Source: Mucilaginibacter sp.
Lineage (GTDB): Bacteria; Bacteroidota; Bacteroidia; Sphingobacteriales; Sphingobacteriaceae
Length of the DNA stretch: 64,000 bases
NCBI RefSeq assembly: GCF_035492695.1
Contig: NZ_DATJJC010000026.1
Coordinates: 12,846 to 76,845 of the forward strand
Direction: 5' to 3'
Part shown: positions 56,224-64,000 of the stretch, in pieces
How the letters are laid out: each line of letters begins with the position of its first letter
Position numbering within the stretch: position 1 is the first letter of the stretch
Translations under genes and position numbers: made by a program
Notes under the pieces: generated by a model
The model's input: only the letters and a program-made list of their open reading frames with translations
Told to the model about the DNA's origin: nothing
The model's database searches: none

Positions 56224-59157
56224 ATGAGAAAAAAACTACACTATATCATGACTTGTCTTCTGGTAATCGTACTGCCGTTTTCGCTTTTCGCGCAACACAA
56301 GACGGTTACAGGAACGGTCACCACCACCCAAAACGACCCGATACCCGGTGTTACGGTCTCGGTAAAGAGCGGGAGCCAGGCCGCCACTACGGACGCGAGC
56401 GGAAAATTCTCGATCACCGTACCGGGCAACGCTTCATTGGTGATAAGTTCCTTAGGCTATAAAACACAAACTATCGATGTTTCCGGCAAATCAACCCTCA
56501 GTATTAAAATGGATGAGGACGTTTCCCGGCTCGACGAGGTTGTGGTAACAGGCCTCGCCACATCGGTAAAGAGAAAGAACCTGGCGAACTCCGTTGCCGT
56601 TATAGGCGGGAAAGAGCTTAACGGCGTTGCGCCCGCGCAAACCTTTGATGCAGCGCTCGAAGGGAAGATTTCCGGCGCTTACGTTAATGCCAACTCGGGC
56701 GCACCCGGCGGCGGTATTTCGGTAAAGCTGCGCGGTGTTACATCAGTATTCGGCAATACGCAGCCCTTATTTGTTGTCGACGGTGTTTATCTCGACAACT
56801 CGGCTACTTCAGGAGGTTTAAATGCGGTGACTTTAGCAGGAAACACCGGCCCTACATCTACCCAGGACAACCCCTCCAGCCGTATCGCCGACCTCCGCCC
56901 CGAGGACATTGAAAATATCGAAATATTAAAAGGCGCATCTGCGGCCGCTATTTACGGCTCTAAGGCTGCTGCCGGCGTGGTTATCATCACGACCAAAAGA
57001 GGCAAAACAGGCAAAACCAGTGTTACCATATCGCAGGACGTGGGCTTCAGCAGCGTGATCAAACTATTGGGCACACGCCAGTTTACAGCTCAAACTGCCG
57101 CGACATTGCCGGGCGACTCCGCAACGCTCGTTAATATGTTTAACGCAGCACAATCCGGCGGACACATATACAACTACGAAAAGGAAGTATACGGCCATAA
57201 GCCACTTACCACCAATACGCACGTAAGCATGGTTGGCGGATCTGATAAAACAGGTTTTTACTTTTCGGCGGGCCGCGAGGACGATGGCGGCATTGTGGAT
57301 CGCACCGGGTATAACAATACCAACGTAAGGCTGAACCTGGATCATAAGCTGACCAACGACATCAAATTCGGCCTAACAACCAATTATATTAACTCATCGG
57401 CCGACAGGGGTATTTTTGGTAACGACAACTCGGGTACCAGCATCGGGATAGCGCTGTCGTCAACGCCTGATTTCGCCCAACTGCATCCGGATGCATTGGG
57501 TAATTATCCCAACAACCCGTTTGCAGCGTCGAATCCGTTACAGACCATCGCTTTGATGACGAACAACGAGACAACCAACCGCTTTTTGATGGGGGCTAAT
57601 CTGGACATCAGCCTGCAAAAAAGCGATAAGAGCAATACCAAGTTCATTGCAAGGGGCGGGTTCGATTTCTACAACCTGGAAACCAACGTGCAGATGCCGA
57701 GTGTACTGCAGTTTGAGGCCATCAATAAAGGGCAATCGATACAGGGTTTTACCAAAAACCTGAACACTAACTTCATCTTTTCGCTGGTGAATACCTGGTC
57801 AGCTTCAAGGGATATTTCTTTAACATCTTCCGCAGGCTTTACGCAGGAAACGGGTGACTACAACAACCTGCTGGATGTAGCCAGCCAGGTTATTTCGGGA
57901 CAAACGGATGTAAACCAGGCCGGGTCGCTGAACGCTACGCAATCCCGGACCAAATATCTTAATAGCGGTATATTTCTACAGGAAGAGGCCTTGATAGCCA
58001 ACGCCATCACGCTAACCGGCGGTATACGTTTCGACCGGTCGAGCAATAACGGCGACGTTTCCAAGTATTACCTGTATCCAAAGGCCGGTGTTTCGTGGAA
58101 CCTGACGGATATGGGCATCATTAAACCGGGCTTGTTTGAAAGCATCAAGTTGCGTGCGGCTTATGGCCAGGCTAATAACGTGCCGGCCTATGGCAGCAAA
58201 TTTTCGGCATTCAATATTGCCAATATCTCTGGTAATCCGGGTCTGCTCGTAAGCACGGTGGAGGGCTCGGCAGACATTAAACCAGAACGCCAGACCGAGT
58301 TTGAAACCGGTGTAGACTTTAGCTTACTAAAGGGTAGACTTGGTTTTGAAGTGACTTATTATACCAAAGGAATCAAAGACTTCCTCCTGCTCACTACGCC
58401 GCCACCATCATCAGGCTTTGCGCAGCAATGGATCAATGCCGGCGACTTGACCAACCATGGTGTGGAACTGGGCATTAATGCCAGGCCGGTTGAAATGAGA
58501 AACATTACCTGGAACACTTCGCTCAATTTCTGGTTCAACCGCTCAAACGTCACCAAGTTGCTGGTTCCACCGGTTCAGCTAGGCGGATTAGGTGGTGTGC
58601 TGTTGGGTACTTACATGATACAGGAAGGCAAATCGGCTACGCAGATCATCGGTCTTAATGGCCAGGGCGTGGGCGTGTTAGGTAATGCCGAACCAAGGTT
58701 CCAGATGAGCACTTATAACGAGATCACGTTCTTCAAAAACTGGAGCCTGAGGTTCCTGCTGCACTGGAAATACGGCGGTCAGAACGTGGATGTAACTTAC
58801 CTGGAAAATGTGTTTGGCAGCAACAGCGCCGACTTCGATAAACCAACACCATCGGGCCTGCCATTGGGTATTACCCAATTAATGAAGATAGGGTCGGATG
58901 CGCATCAAACGGTTGAGAACTCTTCGTACCTGCGCTTCAGGGAGATAGGCTTGTACTATACCATCAATAAGCTGCCGGTTTCGTTCATCAAATCGGCCAA
59001 TGTTGGCGTATCGCTCCACAATTATTTCACGATAACCAAGTACAGAGGCTACGATCCTGAAGTTTCAAACTTCGGCACAGGCTTCTCGTCGGGTATCGAT
59101 GTGGACCCATATCCATCGAGTAAGCAGGCGGCACTCCATGTTTCACTTAATTTCTAA
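56224..59157 (+). CDS. SusC/RagA family TonB-dependent transporter
   Basis: LRPEDIENIEILKGASAAAIYGSKAAAGVVIITTK; GYDPE; C-terminal Phe. Confidence 0.95.
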   Translation: MRKKLHYIMTCLLVIVLPFSLFAQHKTVTGTVTTTQNDPIPGVTVSVKSGSQAATTDASGKFSITVPGNASLVISSLGYKTQTIDVSGKSTLSIKMDEDVSRLDEVVVTGLATSVKRKNLANSVAVIGGKELNGVAPAQTFDAALEGKISGAYVNANSGAPGGGISVKLRGVTSVFGNTQPLFVVDGVYLDNSATSGGLNAVTLAGNTGPTSTQDNPSSRIADLRPEDIENIEILKGASAAAIYGSKAAAGVVIITTKRGKTGKTSVTISQDVGFSSVIKLLGTRQFTAQTAATLPGDSATLVNMFNAAQSGGHIYNYEKEVYGHKPLTTNTHVSMVGGSDKTGFYFSAGREDDGGIVDRTGYNNTNVRLNLDHKLTNDIKFGLTTNYINSSADRGIFGNDNSGTSIGIALSSTPDFAQLHPDALGNYPNNPFAASNPLQTIALMTNNETTNRFLMGANLDISLQKSDKSNTKFIARGGFDFYNLETNVQMPSVLQFEAINKGQSIQGFTKNLNTNFIFSLVNTWSASRDISLTSSAGFTQETGDYNNLLDVASQVISGQTDVNQAGSLNATQSRTKYLNSGIFLQEEALIANAITLTGGIRFDRSSNNGDVSKYYLYPKAGVSWNLTDMGIIKPGLFESIKLRAAYGQANNVPAYGSKFSAFNIANISGNPGLLVSTVEGSADIKPERQTEFETGVDFSLLKGRLGFEVTYYTKGIKDFLLLTTPPPSSGFAQQWINAGDLTNHGVELGINARPVEMRNITWNTSLNFWFNRSNVTKLLVPPVQLGGLGGVLLGTYMIQEGKSATQIIGLNGQGVGVLGNAEPRFQMSTYNEITFFKNWSLRFLLHWKYGGQNVDVTYLENVFGSNSADFDKPTPSGLPLGITQLMKIGSDAHQTVENSSYLRFREIGLYYTINKLPVSFIKSANVGVSLHNYFTITKYRGYDPEVSNFGTGFSSGIDVDPYPSSKQAALHVSLNF

Positions 59158-59169
59158 AACCTTAACACG

Positions 59170-60477
59170 ATGACAATGAAACGAAATATTAAAATATACT
59201 TAGCCCTGTTCTCCGTCTCGCTCCTGCTCTTCGCCGGGTGTAAAAAAGACTATGGAGACCTCAATGGCGAGACCATCGAAGACCTGACCAAAGACGCAAC
59301 AGCCGCACAGCTTAACAACCTGGTTACCGGCACAGAATCGGGCATGCGCACTGCGCTCAGCTTTTACCTGGATGATGTGAGTATTATTGGTCGCGAGACT
59401 TACCGCTTCTCCAATTCCGAGCCACGCTACGTGCTGGATATCCTGGGCGCTAACGATGCAACACTTAATGGAGCCAATTTTTACATTTCGCTACCCTGGG
59501 CCGCAAGGTATAGCGTGGTGAAGAATTGTAACATATTGATACAGGCGGCCAACAATTCTTCGAAGATCACAGCCGCTCAAAGGGCTGGTTACATCGGGTT
59601 CGCGCGTACTGTTAAAGCTTACCAGCTTTTGATGAATCTTAACCTGACCTATACAAACGGTATCCGGGTTAATGTTGTGGACCCTAATCACCTGGGACCG
59701 ATCGTTGACAACACTGCCGGCCTGGCTGCTATCAGCTCATTGCTCGATTCAGCTAAAAACGACCTGGGTGGCGCACAAGTATCCTTCCAGTTGGCAGGTT
59801 TTGCCGGCTTTGGCGACGCGGCTGGTTTAACCCAGGTTAACCGCGCGCTGGCCGCACGTGTGGCCATTTACCAGCAGCAATGGCAGACAGCACTGACTGA
59901 TCTCGACGGATCGTTCTTTAGCCTGAACGGTAATTTCAATACAGGCGTTTACCACGAATTTGGTACAGGATCAGGCGATCAGCTGAACCCGCTGTTCATC
60001 CCGCAAAATCAAACCGGCGAGATCAGGGTAGCCCATCCTTCGTTTGCTGCCGATATTACGGCTGGTGACGACCGTATTAACAAAACGTCGCTCAGAACCT
60101 CGACCGCATCGCTTAGCGGCTTATCAAGTAACCGTGATGTGTGGTTGTATACTTCGAGCACGGCGCCTGTGGGCATCATTCGCAACGAAGAATTGATACT
60201 CATCTATGCTGAAGCTAACATTCAATTAGGTAACTTGAACACGGCGGTGAGCGCACTTAATGTGATTCGCAACGGACACGGTTTGGGCAATTACTCGGGC
60301 GCAGCAACCCACGATGCTTTGATTACCGAAATGCTTAACCAGCGCCGGTATTCGCTATTTTTCGAGGGACATCGCTGGATCGACCTGCGGAGGTACAACC
60401 TGCTGGGCACTTTGCCTATCGATCGCACTGGCGACGACGTTTGGTCTGAATTCCCGCTGCCGGTAACAGAACATTAA
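59170..60477 (+). CDS. SusD/RagB family lipoprotein
   Basis: Lipobox FAGC, IIRNEELILIYAEA and FEGHRWIDLRR. Confidence 0.92.
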   Translation: MTMKRNIKIYLALFSVSLLLFAGCKKDYGDLNGETIEDLTKDATAAQLNNLVTGTESGMRTALSFYLDDVSIIGRETYRFSNSEPRYVLDILGANDATLNGANFYISLPWAARYSVVKNCNILIQAANNSSKITAAQRAGYIGFARTVKAYQLLMNLNLTYTNGIRVNVVDPNHLGPIVDNTAGLAAISSLLDSAKNDLGGAQVSFQLAGFAGFGDAAGLTQVNRALAARVAIYQQQWQTALTDLDGSFFSLNGNFNTGVYHEFGTGSGDQLNPLFIPQNQTGEIRVAHPSFAADITAGDDRINKTSLRTSTASLSGLSSNRDVWLYTSSTAPVGIIRNEELILIYAEANIQLGNLNTAVSALNVIRNGHGLGNYSGAATHDALITEMLNQRRYSLFFEGHRWIDLRRYNLLGTLPIDRTGDDVWSEFPLPVTEH

Positions 60478-60488
60478 AAAAAGATATA

Positions 60489-61952
60489 ATGAAACGGATC
60501 AACAAAACCTTATTATTAATTTCTGTGTCCATGGTCTGCCTGCAGGCCATGGGCCAGAAATTTACGGCGAGCTTTACAACCGCCGGGTCAGGCGACTTTT
60601 CGGGCAGGGTGCTTTTATACCTTTCAAAAGAGTCCAAATCGCCAAAGGATGATATGCCGGGGGTGTTTAGCTTTCCATGCTTCTCCATTGATGTTAAAGA
60701 CGTGAAGCCAGGTCAGAAAGTGGTATTTGACGATGCTGCGGTTTCTTATCCTGCCGCTTTATCCGATATCGAAAGAGGAATCTATTATGCACAGGTGGTT
60801 TGGGACCGTAATGAAGGCGGCAGAGCAATAGGCGGAAGCCCGGGAAATATGTATAATAAGGCGATTGTTGCCAGTATCACCAAAGACAGAACGAAGTCGT
60901 TTGACATAGTTTGCAGCGAGGTGATTAAAGAGGCATCGTTCACAGAAACTCAGTTTGTGAAAGAGCTTAAATCGCCATCGGCTTTATTGACGGCTTTTTA
61001 TAAACGAGCCACGTCGGTAAATGCCGCTGTTATTTTGCCAAAGGAGTATTTTAGTCAGCCCAACCGTAAGTTCCCGGTGCTTTACTGGGTGTCAGGTTAT
61101 GGCGGAGATTATCATAATTACTCGGGGCGGAATATTACTTCCGACCCGATAGATACCACGCAATGTATCCGGGTTTTCCTTGATGGCAATTGCCCGGGAG
61201 GGCACAGCGTTTACGCCAACAGCGATAACAACGGTCCGTGGGGTGATGCGCTCACAAAAGAGCTTATACCGCTGGTGGAAAAAACTTATCGCACCAATGC
61301 GGCGCGTTTGCTCACCGGGCATAGCAGCGGTGGCTGGACGGTGCTTTGGCTGCAAACCCATTATCCCAAGGTATTTAACGCATGCTGGTCGAGCTCGCCT
61401 GACCCGGTCGATTTCAGGAGCTTTCAGCAGGTCGACCTGTACCGCGAGAAGAATTTATACTATGCAAAAGACAGCACGATGCACATGGCGGCTACCGTTG
61501 CAGGGCGCTATCCATGGATTAGTCAAAAAATTATGTGCTCGATGGAGCATGTGATCTATCGCGGCGAGCAAATGCATTCCTTCAATTTTGTGTTTAGCAC
61601 CAGGAACCCCGATGGTACCCCCCGCGGTATGTGGAACGATGTGACTGGTGAAATCGATCCGGTAATCGTTGAGCATTGGAAAAACTATGATATATGCTTG
61701 TACCTGAAAAATAACTGGCAACAGGTAAAACCTGATCTGCAAGGGAAGATACGCGTATCTGTAGGCGAACAGGATAACTTTTTGCTCAACTACGCGGTGC
61801 ACCTGCTGGATGGCGAGATGAAAAAAGTGGACGCGGGCTTTGTGTTTGGATATTATCCCGGCGATCACTTTACGGTTTCAACGCCGGAATATAAATCGGC
61901 CGGTCATCGTTTCCTCGAACAAAAATATAATGAGTTAGGCATCAAAAACTAA
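60489..61952 (+). CDS. Exported alpha/beta-hydrolase (putative esterase family)
   Basis: Signal peptide; GHSSGG nucleophile elbow; C-terminal GDH. Confidence 0.82.
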   Translation: MKRINKTLLLISVSMVCLQAMGQKFTASFTTAGSGDFSGRVLLYLSKESKSPKDDMPGVFSFPCFSIDVKDVKPGQKVVFDDAAVSYPAALSDIERGIYYAQVVWDRNEGGRAIGGSPGNMYNKAIVASITKDRTKSFDIVCSEVIKEASFTETQFVKELKSPSALLTAFYKRATSVNAAVILPKEYFSQPNRKFPVLYWVSGYGGDYHNYSGRNITSDPIDTTQCIRVFLDGNCPGGHSVYANSDNNGPWGDALTKELIPLVEKTYRTNAARLLTGHSSGGWTVLWLQTHYPKVFNACWSSSPDPVDFRSFQQVDLYREKNLYYAKDSTMHMAATVAGRYPWISQKIMCSMEHVIYRGEQMHSFNFVFSTRNPDGTPRGMWNDVTGEIDPVIVEHWKNYDICLYLKNNWQQVKPDLQGKIRVSVGEQDNFLLNYAVHLLDGEMKKVDAGFVFGYYPGDHFTVSTPEYKSAGHRFLEQKYNELGIKN

Positions 61953-61964
61953 AAATACATACCT

Positions 61965-63020
61965 ATGAAAACTATACCCACGGAACCGATCGGCAGCATC
62001 CCAAGGCCGGATGCGTTAATCGATGCCATCACCGGCAAAAATAGCAGTACGCCTATAGACGTGCTTTATGCCGAGGCCGTGAACGATACGCTGAGCCAGT
62101 TTATAAAGACGGGTTCGCCTGTAATAACGGACGGCGAGCAAACTAAATCGAGCTTTGTAACCTACCCATTGGAAGGGCTGACCAACCTGGCATCCAACGG
62201 TATGACAATCAACTTTGAAGACGGTCATACCCGCCAGTTGCCCTTACTTACCAGTGGACCGTTCCGCTATGGTAACTACGCCGTTAAATACCTCGACGCT
62301 GCAAAAAAGAAAACAAACTTACCCGTAAAGCAGGCCATCATATCGGCATCCGCTTTGAGTTTGATTTATCCATCGGACGGTATACCCGGCTATAGCCAGA
62401 CTGAGTTTATGGAGGACCTGCTCAACGAGTGTGAAAAGGATATCCGTCAATGCCTGGATCACGGTGCGCATAAGGTACAAATGGATTTTACGGAAGGGCG
62501 CCTATCACTCAAGCTCGATCCATCAGGCGGCGTATTGAAACATTTTATCGCGCTGAATAACCAGGTTTTTGATCGTTTTAGCAAGGAGGACCGGAAAAAG
62601 TTGGGTGTACATGTGTGCCCCGGCGGGGACCATGACTCGACCCATAGCGCCGATATCGATTATGCCGATTTTTTACCGGAGCTTTTTAATTTGCACGTGG
62701 GCAATTTCTACCTACAGCTAACAAGCGAACCGGATAGAGTTAAAGTGCTTAAAGTGATCAAACAATACCTCAAGCCGGATCAAACGGTATTTGTAGGCGT
62801 GATCGATGTACTCGATCCGGTAATCGAAACCAAAGAAATGGTGCGGGACAGGGTGCTGGAAGCCGCTGAATACATACCACTGGCACAACTTGGCACTACG
62901 GACGATTGCGGATTTTCGCCTTTCTGCGATGACGTATCAACCAAACGCGAGACGGCATTTGCCAAGATCAAAGCGCGTGTTGACGGCACCAAACTCGCCG
63001 AAGAAAAATTGTATAACTGA
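61965..63020 (+). CDS. Cobalamin-independent methionine synthase II-like (MetE C-domain) Zn enzyme
   Basis: IGSIPRP, ITDGEQ, VHVCPG (HxC), GVID and DDCGF. Confidence 0.82.
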   Translation: MKTIPTEPIGSIPRPDALIDAITGKNSSTPIDVLYAEAVNDTLSQFIKTGSPVITDGEQTKSSFVTYPLEGLTNLASNGMTINFEDGHTRQLPLLTSGPFRYGNYAVKYLDAAKKKTNLPVKQAIISASALSLIYPSDGIPGYSQTEFMEDLLNECEKDIRQCLDHGAHKVQMDFTEGRLSLKLDPSGGVLKHFIALNNQVFDRFSKEDRKKLGVHVCPGGDHDSTHSADIDYADFLPELFNLHVGNFYLQLTSEPDRVKVLKVIKQYLKPDQTVFVGVIDVLDPVIETKEMVRDRVLEAAEYIPLAQLGTTDDCGFSPFCDDVSTKRETAFAKIKARVDGTKLAEEKLYN

Positions 63021-63033
63021 TAATCAAAAAACT

Positions 63034-63594
63034 ATGCCACATATAGAACTCGAATCGCATTTGCCCGGCATTACCGGCCTTTTGGAATACCGCAAGGACA
63101 CTGGCCAGCCCATCCGCGACCTGACACAAATACTGATGCGCGGGGAATCGACACTGACCGAAGCTGAACGGGAATTGATCGCAACAATTGTTTCGCACGG
63201 TAATCAATGTCGCTTTTGCGTTACGGCTCATGCCGCTGCCGCCGACTTGCTTTTGGGCGAAAAAACGACTACACAAGCAATCAGAGATGATATCGAATCG
63301 GCGTCGGTGAATGAAAAAATGAAGGCGCTGCTAACTATCGCAGTTGCAGTAGGAAGGAACGGACGACTGGTTAGCCCCGAAATGGTAGCACGGGCAAAAG
63401 CCGAAGGCGCGACCGATGCTGAGTTGCACGATACCGTACTGATTGCCGCGCTATTCAGTCTTTACAACCGCTACGTGGATGGTATGGCAACCACGATGCC
63501 CGATAACGATGCCTATTTTGACACGCTGGCCGACAGGATCGTGCATCATGGTTATCAGCGTTTGCCGCAAGGATATGATCATTTAAAAAAATAA
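63034..63594 (+). CDS. AhpD/CMD-family peroxidase-related protein, copy 2
   Basis: ERELIATIVSHGNQCRFCVTAH and YNRYVDG; the ATG at 63034 aligns with copy 1 (MPHI). Confidence 0.88.
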   Translation: MPHIELESHLPGITGLLEYRKDTGQPIRDLTQILMRGESTLTEAERELIATIVSHGNQCRFCVTAHAAAADLLLGEKTTTQAIRDDIESASVNEKMKALLTIAVAVGRNGRLVSPEMVARAKAEGATDAELHDTVLIAALFSLYNRYVDGMATTMPDNDAYFDTLADRIVHHGYQRLPQGYDHLKK

Positions 63595-63598
63595 GTAC

Positions 63599-64000
63599 AT
63601 GGAAACCCTATTACCTCCAAAAACTATCGACACCAAAACGGCATCCGGCAAGCTTGTCTCGTTGTTTATCATCTGCTTTATCGGTAACATGTTTACCGGA
63701 GTCGTATCCACGCTGATGTCAGTTTATTTACCTGTGGTAGTGAAAGACCTGCAGGGCGGACAAACCGATGCCGAGTTTAACGACATGAGCGGGTTCATTA
63801 ACTCCATGTTTATTTTCGGATGGGCGGCGGGCGGTTTTCTTTGGGGCGTTATTGCCGATAAGACGGGCCGTAAAAAGTCGCTTTTATTATCTATCGCCTG
63901 CTTTGGATTGTTTACCATGCTTATTAGCATGGCCGGTCAGTGGTGGGAAATTGTGGCGTGCCGTTTCCTGAGCGGTTTTGGAACCGGGGGATTACTAGTG
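63599..64000 (+). CDS. MFS transporter, N-terminal part (runs off window)
   Basis: Hand translation: ...GGFLWGVIADKTGRKKSLL (MFS motif A)...CRFLSGFG. Confidence 0.85.
   Translation, partial: METLLPPKTIDTKTASGKLVSLFIICFIGNMFTGVVSTLMSVYLPVVVKDLQGGQTDAEFNDMSGFINSMFIFGWAAGGFLWGVIADKTGRKKSLLLSIACFGLFTMLISMAGQWWEIVACRFLSGFGTGGLLV

Noticed and set aside
1028-63930. Many 60-170 aa ORFs in the track that overlap confident genes on the opposite strand or in another frame (e.g. 2045-2422, 21786-22298, 27874-28311, 38261-38725, 54865-55245)
   Set aside because: They are shadow ORFs of well-supported genes, with no recognisable motifs.

Overview
Chromosomal window from a Bacteroidota bacterium. A Sphingobacteriaceae/Mucilaginibacter-like origin is inferred from TAnnTTTG promoters, SusC/SusD pairs, the acidic S16 tail and the gene set. 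1-39.4 kb is mostly housekeeping and envelope genes (pfkA, rpsP, rimM, trmD, rplS, psd, cdsA, dusB, apaG, murF, recQ, PadR/PspC, SusC/SusD/DUF1735-like, metG), with REP-like hairpin repeats, short 7/8-mer periodic repeats and two small paralogous membrane peptides, one of them missed by the ORF track. tRNA-Arg(CCT) at 39369-39440 is the target of a ~14.2 kb AT-rich integrative island bounded by a perfect 22-bp direct repeat (39425-39446 / 53599-53620). The island carries a tyrosine integrase plus an excisionase-like gene, a phage-type ParB-like / TET-JBP-like 2OG-Fe(II) dioxygenase / terminase-small-like HTH cassette, and defence-type cargo: an HNH nuclease, an exported nuclease, an AbiJ-like protein, a Ser/Thr kinase-PP2C pair and a HindVP-like restriction enzyme with C5 methyltransferase and Vsr. 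Just beyond attR lies a truncated second integrase, probably from an older element. It is followed by a non-glycan SusC/SusD operon with two AhpD/CMD paralogs, an esterase, a MetE-like Zn enzyme and an MFS transporter that runs off the window. The strongest candidate for an undescribed system is the TET/JBP-like cassette sharing an island with a 5mC writer and several nucleases, with no virion genes. All family assignments come from motif reading; no database searches were run.
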